Shown here in pieces: positions 58,801-64,000 of a stretch of DNA of 64,000 bases. How positions within the stretch are numbered: the stretch's first letter is position 1; the number at the start of each line of letters is the position of its first letter. The translations under genes were made by a program, and so were the position numbers. The notes beneath the pieces were generated by a model. It had not been told where the DNA came from and ran no database searches. It worked only from the letters and a program-made list of their open reading frames with translations. The DNA lies in the NCBI GenBank assembly GCA_048128005.1, contig JBEUKZ010000130.1, positions 1 through 64,000 of the forward strand. Direction: 5' to 3'. This stretch comes from Veleropilina oligotropha. Taxonomy: Eukaryota.

Positions 58801-59459
58801 GCTTTGTCGACCCCAGTGATAGCACCTGGCTTAGTGTCCTGAGATATCTCAACGACACCCTGGCCCTTCTTCCTCGCAGCCTTCACCGGGTCAAACTTGT
58901 CTTCGACCACCCAGTCGCCTTCACCCCACTCCCGCAAGAACTTTATCCTCAGGAGAAACTCACCCTTGGGAAGGGCTGTGAGGAGCTGTGCCGCCCTTGC
59001 ATCTGTCATACGGGCATCCAGGGCCAGCCGTCCAGCCACTTCTACCCTCCATGTGGAGAACGCCGCCGCGGCGCCATCGACCTCAAACTCGTCTTTGGCG
59101 TCGCTCAAGAGTTCCACCCATGGCTCTTTTGCTGGGAGCCTTACAGGGGGAGGGACCTGGTCATCCAGGTCGATGAATCGTTGCCCCTCTGTTGTGGTAA
59201 ACAGCCCTAGTAGATCATTCTGGTAGTCCTGGGCTGTCCGGGGCTTTTTGGAGAGGGGGATTGGGTCAAATTCCTCAACAATGGCTTTCCGCTTTCTCTC
59301 CGTTTGGGGATCCTTGGATGGGACCAGAGGCTTCAACAAGCGCTCCTTCACGTCTTCCGGGATTGGTTCGTCTAGAATATTCTGAACCACGTCCCGGAGA
59401 GTTTCAGATGCCTGCATGTCTGCGAGCAGTTGGTCTATATAGTCATCCATAGTCGACAT
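55782..59459 (-). CDS. 1225-aa multidomain replication protein: OTU-like / PolB core / SF1 helicase / HNH-like
   Basis: PolB-like IDMKACYP, IIGKF, VATDSIY; SF1 motifs GGGGCGKT, FTPTH, TYHSF, WDEV, GDQGQ, TIHSSQG, YLAVSR; C-terminal CAAC...SVDRVDN..GH...NV..TCLECN. Confidence 0.8.
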   Translation of the reverse strand: MSTMDDYIDQLLADMQASETLRDVVQNILDEPIPEDVKERLLKPLVPSKDPQTERKRKAIVEEFDPIPLSKKPRTAQDYQNDLLGLFTTTEGQRFIDLDDQVPPPVRLPAKEPWVELLSDAKDEFEVDGAAAAFSTWRVEVAGRLALDARMTDARAAQLLTALPKGEFLLRIKFLREWGEGDWVVEDKFDPVKAARKKGQGVVEISQDTKPGAITGVDKAYYENAYPVTAVVYGVYPLREPNPANLVPMKNGDLNCVAQRVVEHFEGALRGNGLTPIRRQKIQEWEARVHVTGATVDDVAGLERILKRAIILRDIAGEDIYNSGKYQFGGSTGGVRGKVELICHNGHAWSKELHFPQSREVHIYEGDVWEAIRQATRNEPLAVWLLGGKDRQLGVDQFVLQDGRTYRTQDDHERLQEACTALGNESLAERAFGVNHAASIMAKEKNGWKPTPASLLDDVQKACVEHGHGGLWNSMNYDTGDVCCIDMKACYPASFLGQGEAKPYFERFGHPTHSMTRVAINGPLPQEIGTGFAEVVEWEFAEDIHPVIPAWFGKHFAENGWAPTALLAYLVESGLLKSLKIREAIITFRKQLEVWLPENRDQGCSIIGKFTQGAKADGKRLTRRLVIDQGELDFLVRDTRQSGTLVGAPQRCPMGHILTYYDGSQPQYAHLRASMLAYAHINLLSMLQRFSAAEAVRVATDSIYLKKASLEKLDDVTVYVAPRLCDCGEKSCISCLIAEPYLPPLAPAQWRDKGEQLYLPQEHAAYLPKPEYCCAANSSQPSTAPCYNDTLTHHRLSYLNGGGGCGKTTRAMELFRARNPIVFTPTHRLAKEMRTRGVKAQTYHSFFRWSSQTDWTPDRMGQKFIPRVIIWDEVCTVPRHILEMFLDWLGQHEVQVICCGDQGQPPPITGEMPHDWLRRTADYYEEIEVDYRAKDDPALQALKRRIRLQPDKIQCGEMRKSLPSCLGWDRFVNTWRPGDLILTSRQKVRERAQQLLLQRHKEHFPDSQVPILYHPRDTRKQNIMVTIPGTDEREELVLNDVVEVTIEAAEQAILTPDWRLGYALTIHSSQGLTIHDPQKVWIIDDYLQWSNLAYLAVSRVEYLHQLERVTCPPDEGSEDRPPQAQQSKQQLRKTIQRKLVAYMRQDQAKGLPGFNLKVDDILRLREAQNNRCAACNIELLWAYQPKDTQQFSVDRVDNRRGHIRDNVRLTCLECNRKRGFAVVNA

Positions 59460-59507
59460 GTTGCCGGGCGGGTATACACTAGGATCTTTACTTCTCTAAT
59501 ATGAAAT

Positions 59508-59801
59508 TTACGCGTGGTAAATTGCAGCCATGCGGAGAAACTCTCTCTCGAAGGCCCTTTTCTTTCGTTGCCAGTCCATACCGTTCTCACTCTTATACCC
59601 ACAGCCCTTACACAACGTAAGCCGGTTGAAAACGCCCTTCCCGCATTTGCTGCAGGGTTTTGTGCCCCGGCCATTTCGCCGTTGCCGAGCCAGATGGACT
59701 TTGCAATACGTGTTCAGACATCTCTTACCACATAGCTCCGTGGAGCTGATGGTGAGCCATTGACAGGTGTCCGTTCCCCACATATTGATAGCGGTTATCA
59801 T
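59508..59801 (-). CDS. Small zinc-finger-like protein
   Basis: C..C..C..CKVH and CSKC...CKGC clusters; same strand and immediately upstream of the replication gene. Confidence 0.6.
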   Translation of the reverse strand: MITAINMWGTDTCQWLTISSTELCGKRCLNTYCKVHLARQRRNGRGTKPCSKCGKGVFNRLTLCKGCGYKSENGMDWQRKKRAFEREFLRMAAIYHA

Positions 59802-60160
59802 TGTATATACCAGTCTCTAATAGAGATTATGACACTAAGATATCGAGCCCGGTGCACGGCGAGAAATAACCGGCATGTTAGACGTTGTGTAGTTATACTT
59901 GAAAGCAACATGCCACAGGAAGACATTCCTACGCTGTACAGCGAACGGAGCTTCAGGCGCGTTAAAAACCTCTTAAACCGGGGCTATAACGTTTTGATCG
60001 TTGTACTCGACAATGGTGAACAAGCGATATATAAGAAGAAGACCAAAGACGGTAGAAAGGGAGTTGCACGAAATCAAACTCACCCCCCCTGCTACTGCTC
60101 GCATAACTGAGGAGCCCGGGCCGGCGAGGGTAGTGGGCCGTCCCTGGGGGCTCTATGTCG

Positions 60161-60343
60161 CTGTACACACGGTAACTTTTTTGTAATACAATCTATACCC
60201 TGGGGTCTGGAAAGGGTGCTGGGAGCCTTAATTTCCCTCGCCGCGCCCCCACATAAAAGGTATGGTCACCCCCCCTGCTGCTGCTGGTTTTATGCCTGAA
60301 AAACTGCCCCTATTAGAGTACACTCACCCCCCCTGCTGCTGCT
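60161..60343 (-). repeat. Right terminal inverted repeat
   Basis: Mirror of 44944-45120; ends ...CCCCCCCTGCTGCTGCT. Confidence 0.95.
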
Positions 60344-61785
60344 ATACCCCCGTGCCTCACCCGAGCAGGGTTTCAGACCCGTATGGACTGTGGTCGCAGT
60401 CTTACGGGTCGTTCGCACCGTTTAACGCGCCTCCGGGCCGTTTTCCTGGCTGCGGTTACCCGACAGGTAACCCGAGTCCCTGGTACTCGGCTCCACCTGT
60501 CCGTGCAGCCCGTCCCCCATGCGCTACGGTAACCTCGAGCGGACCAATGGCTGTTGGTCCGACGTCCGTCATGCCTCCGGGTTTCTCTCTTGAGAGCGTC
60601 CAGGCAATGATTGCGATGGAAGTCGAGGCACGTTGTAGGTCCTGGCAACCGGCTACCCAGCCGCCCCAGGTCCCAACGTCTCTGACCGTAACGCCGGGCT
60701 CGGCTCATGCTTCGGTGATGGAAGTCGATCCTCGTTCCGACGAGAACAGTGCTTCCACTCACTCTGACCTCCCTGAATCGGTCGGACCAGACGACTCCTG
60801 TAGTCAGTCGGGCACGCATGAGACCATCTCCGCCACCCGCAGAAGATACGACGCTGTCGCGTCGCTTCGCGGGGTGCTAGACTTGCCAGACCCGGCTCTG
60901 CCGGTAGGCTTCGTCAAGCACAGGACAGCGGCACGTCGATTTGATGGGCCGGAAGCCCCCCTGCTTCCTACCCTACCCCAGTCTGGGTTGGTCTCGCTCG
61001 TCCTCGACTCGGCGACCAAATCCATTCAGGGAACCAAATCGGTGGAGACTTCCTCATTAACAGAGTACCCTAGTGGTCTCCGTAAAGGGAAGTACCTCCG
61101 ACCCAGTAAGCGTCCGATTTCGATCCGATGCTCTGGGGCGTGTCTGGAGACTGAGCCGGTTCAGATCGATGCAGCGATGCGTCGACTGTCGGCCAGCACA
61201 GCTCCCTCAGTGGTCAAAGTCCCATGGGTCGCCATGGAGGGCTTTGAGAGCTCCGCTCGTCGGGCTCTACGGCATGCCTCTATCCAGGATTTTTTCCTAG
61301 ACGGAGCCATTACCGTACTGCAGGAGAACGGACCCCGCGCTCGTGAGATCGCACTGTCCTTTCTCGAAGAGGTTGCCGCCTCCACGGAGAACTCCGCGTC
61401 GTAGTCAGCCCGATCCTTAGGCAATGCTGTCCTACTTCGTAGAGACGCTTGCCTAGACGGCACCACGCTAGATGACGCCACCCGGCAGTCTCTACGTTGT
61501 GTACCGTTGTCGGCCTCTACTCTCTTCGGAGACAAATTCCCCGAATTTGTCGAGAAGCGAGCGGCTGACCTCAAGGATCGCGCAATCGAGAAGGCAGTCT
61601 TGGCTACTCCTCGGAGCACGCCGACTGCTACCTCTAGGAAGCGCTCGAGACCGTCCCGGTCTCATACGCCTTCCAAGCGTGTTAAACCTTCGCCGGGTCG
61701 GCCTTCTCAGGCCAACAAACCTGCCGCGAAGAAAACATCTCCGACGAAATCCCGTCAGAGCGGGAGAGGGAAGCCGCGGCCCTAG
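60344..61785 (+). pseudogene. DIRS copy 2 gag, 3' part with an in-frame nonsense codon
   Basis: Aligns with copy 1 (PPVRAAR, DLPESVGP, AVASLRGVL); TAG at 61402-61404 where copy 1 has GAG; ends GRGKPRP-TAG. Confidence 0.85.
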
Positions 61786-63859
61786 GGTTGCCGGCGCTCG
61801 CGACGAGCTCAGTTGCACGCTTCCGCCGGTGGGAGCGTGTCTGTTAGAGTACAGCCTGTCCTGGCTGGAAATGACAGAGGACAACTGGGTTCACTCAGTC
61901 GTGAGTGCCGGATACAAGTTGGCATTCGACCGGCATCCAACCCTAGACGCGACACCACCACCAGGACGCGCTCGTCTCCTCATAGGAGAAAAACAAGCCG
62001 TCCTAGACCAGGCAGTGCGGGATTTACTCTCAAAGAGAGCGATCTATTCCGCGCCGCCCAGCACACCAGGATATTACAGCCACTTTTTCCTGGTCCCGAA
62101 ACCCGACGGCCGTTGGCGACCGATCCTCGATCTGTCGTTCCTCAACCAGTATCTTAGTACCGAGAAGTTCAAGCAAGAAACACTCTCGAAGATACGAACG
62201 GCCATCCGTCCGGGCGACTGGGCAGCGTCTATCGACTTAACCGATGCGTACCTACACGTTCCGATGCATGTCTCGGCTCACCGGTACCTACGGTTTGTTC
62301 ACGGGGGAACGATCTACCAATTCAGGTGTCTACCGTTCGGTCTATCGTCAGCCCCGTACGTCTTCACGCGAGTAGTACAGGCTCTCGGGGCCTTCCTACA
62401 CTCGCGAGGGCACAGAGTACACGTGTACCTCGACGACTGGTTGATTCTCGGGGCGTCCCGGGATCAGTGCCTCCAGTCTATGAGCGTTACCCTGTCATCG
62501 GCGAAGCGCCTGGGATTACAGATCAACAACGACAAATCCTGCTTCGTGCCCTCGACGACGTTTATATTTCTTGGGGTCGAATTCGACACGGTCCGGTACA
62601 CCGCGAAACCGACTCAGAAACGTATAGAGAACCTACGCGCAGTTATACTAGAAACAAAGTCTTCACGGATAACTACAGCGCGACGACTGGCCACTGTCCT
62701 AGGGCACATCGAGTCGGTAGCTCCCCTGTTACCGACGGGTCGCATGGACAAACGACCGTTGCAGCAGGCCTTCAAGGACCGCTGGATACAATGTACGGGA
62801 CAGTGGACGGATCGCATCGATCTACGGCATTGGTTCAATCGCACGACAGCAGTGTGGTTGAACACTTCCCTGCCGAGCCAGTCGGTTCCAATATCCCCCC
62901 CAGAACCGAACGCCTACCTCTTCACGGACGCGTCAAACGAGGGCTGGGGAGGTCACTTCGACAGTCACGAGACATCGGGCCTCTGGCCTACGGACCTTCA
63001 GGGACGACACATCAACTTCCTAGAGTTAGAAGCCGTCTACCTGTCAGTACAGTCCCTCTCGTCACATCTCCGAAACAAGCACATAATGCTAGCAACGGAC
63101 AACACGACTGTCGTCGCTTACATCCAGCACCAGGGCGGCACTCGCTCCCGTCCGCTTTGCGACCGAGCGATAGACCTGCACCGCCTAGTGATGTCACTCA
63201 ACTCGTCAATTCGAGCCCGACACATCCCGGGGAAGCTGAATGTCAGAGCGGATACGCTCTCTCGGAAATCACAGATTATACACACAGAGTGGACGCTACA
63301 CGCCCGTGTAGCCCGAGATGTCTGTCGCCTGTGGTCGACGCCTCAAGTCGATTTATTCGCAACCGAATTCAATCACCGACTCCCTCTCTATGTGTCTCCT
63401 TACCCGGACCCGGCCGCTATTGCGGTCGACGCTCTGTCAATGAGATGGGAGAATCTGATCGCCTACGCCTTCCCACCGTCGTGCATGTTGGCACAAGTAC
63501 TACGGAAAGCGACCCGCGAAGACTGCGAGTTGACGCTAATAGCACCTCTACAACGAACGCAGTCCTGGTTTCCGACACTTCTGGATCTACTCATCGATCA
63601 GCCGCGAGCGCTACCGCAGATGGCAGACTTGTTGTCTCAACCGCGCAGTCGGGTTCTACACCCGTCGGCGAACGAGTTTCACTTTCACGCCTGGCGACTA
63701 TCGAGAGATCGCTCATCAAGAAAGGCTTTTCTAGAGCGACAGCCCAGCGCATTTACCGATCTAGAAGACAATCTACAACAAGGGTATATGACTACCGATG
63801 GAAAAAGTTTGTGGATTGGTGTCGCGGGCGGCAAGTCAATATATTCCGCCCCCCTGTGA
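61472..63859 (+). CDS. DIRS copy 2 RT-RNase H-methyltransferase-like ORF (functional start probably near 61780)
   Basis: IDLTDAY, LPFGL, YLDDW, TDAS, DLFA, YAFPP and an intact APLQRTQSWFPTLL...HAWRLS. Confidence 0.9.
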   Translation: MTPPGSLYVVYRCRPLLSSETNSPNLSRSERLTSRIAQSRRQSWLLLGARRLLPLGSARDRPGLIRLPSVLNLRRVGLLRPTNLPRRKHLRRNPVRAGEGSRGPRVAGARDELSCTLPPVGACLLEYSLSWLEMTEDNWVHSVVSAGYKLAFDRHPTLDATPPPGRARLLIGEKQAVLDQAVRDLLSKRAIYSAPPSTPGYYSHFFLVPKPDGRWRPILDLSFLNQYLSTEKFKQETLSKIRTAIRPGDWAASIDLTDAYLHVPMHVSAHRYLRFVHGGTIYQFRCLPFGLSSAPYVFTRVVQALGAFLHSRGHRVHVYLDDWLILGASRDQCLQSMSVTLSSAKRLGLQINNDKSCFVPSTTFIFLGVEFDTVRYTAKPTQKRIENLRAVILETKSSRITTARRLATVLGHIESVAPLLPTGRMDKRPLQQAFKDRWIQCTGQWTDRIDLRHWFNRTTAVWLNTSLPSQSVPISPPEPNAYLFTDASNEGWGGHFDSHETSGLWPTDLQGRHINFLELEAVYLSVQSLSSHLRNKHIMLATDNTTVVAYIQHQGGTRSRPLCDRAIDLHRLVMSLNSSIRARHIPGKLNVRADTLSRKSQIIHTEWTLHARVARDVCRLWSTPQVDLFATEFNHRLPLYVSPYPDPAAIAVDALSMRWENLIAYAFPPSCMLAQVLRKATREDCELTLIAPLQRTQSWFPTLLDLLIDQPRALPQMADLLSQPRSRVLHPSANEFHFHAWRLSRDRSSRKAFLERQPSAFTDLEDNLQQGYMTTDGKSLWIGVAGGKSIYSAPL

Positions 63860-64000
63860 CCAAATTTATCGAGTTCTTATCGTCGTTGCTAGAACGGGGA
63901 ATGTCAATTTCCGCAGTCAAAGGCTACCGTTCATGTGTAGCTACAACGTTACGGCAATGCCGCGAGCACACCCGCTTGTCTACCGACAAGACTATATCGG
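62158..64000 (+). CDS. DIRS copy 2 YR-frame ORF overlapping pol (partial, runs off the window)
   Basis: Read by hand: no stop in this frame from 62158 into LATIERSLIKKGFS...TTRVYDYRW, which matches the YR N-terminus of copy 1. Confidence 0.8.

Larger units (their letters stand above)
44944..60343. mobile_element. Polinton/Maverick-like endogenous DNA virus, ~15.4 kb
   Basis: Long TIRs with (AGC)n ends, dense intronless ORFs, rve integrase, A32-like ATPase, capsid-like proteins, PolB/helicase protein; flanks rejoin into a continuous DIRS gag frame. Confidence 0.9.
43151..64000 (+). mobile_element. DIRS1-type retrotransposon copy 2, interrupted by the Polinton-like element; 3' end outside the window
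   Basis: ITR-like start ATACTTACGTCCTTACT..GCCATAAT shared with copy 1; gag halves, pol and YR collinear with copy 1. Confidence 0.9.

Noticed and set aside
55854..59452. Plus-strand ORFs (up to 290 aa) opposite the replicase
   Set aside because: Antisense shadows of a GC-rich coding strand with no motifs
59760..60110. 116-aa ORF near the right TIR
   Set aside because: May be real, but it has no recognisable motif and an uncertain start, so it was not called
44944..60343. Bacterial prophage or contamination
   Set aside because: Precise insertion into a eukaryotic DIRS gag with a restorable reading frame, TIRs and rve integrase; no tailed-phage genes

Overview
AT-rich metazoan (probably marine invertebrate) genomic DNA. 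The first half holds a five-exon bHLH-ZIP gene of the AP-4/TFAP4 family on the minus strand (CDS 24776->17038, about 360 aa) among MITEs, Helentron-associated (HINE-like) elements, SINE and LINE remnants and a 34-bp G-rich minisatellite. The second half is a nest of GC-richer mobile elements. It contains a structurally complete DIRS1-type tyrosine-recombinase retrotransposon (31585-39008; inverted terminal repeats plus internal complementary region) and a second related DIRS starting at about 43151 that runs off the window. The gag gene of the second DIRS is split by a ~15.4-kb TIR-bounded Polinton-like endogenous DNA virus (44944-60343). That element is the standout. It encodes a putative major capsid protein, a penton, an A32-like ATPase, an rve integrase and many membrane proteins (one with adjacent PSAP and LYPxL late-domain motifs), but no recognisable adenain protease. 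It also encodes an unusual 1225-aa replication protein that appears to fuse an OTU-like protease, an exonuclease-less PolB core, an SF1 helicase and an HNH-like domain. Both DIRS copies conserve a CCC-TAG-G junction at the gag stop that could act as a three-way recoding switch. All family calls come from motif recognition by eye; no database searches were run.
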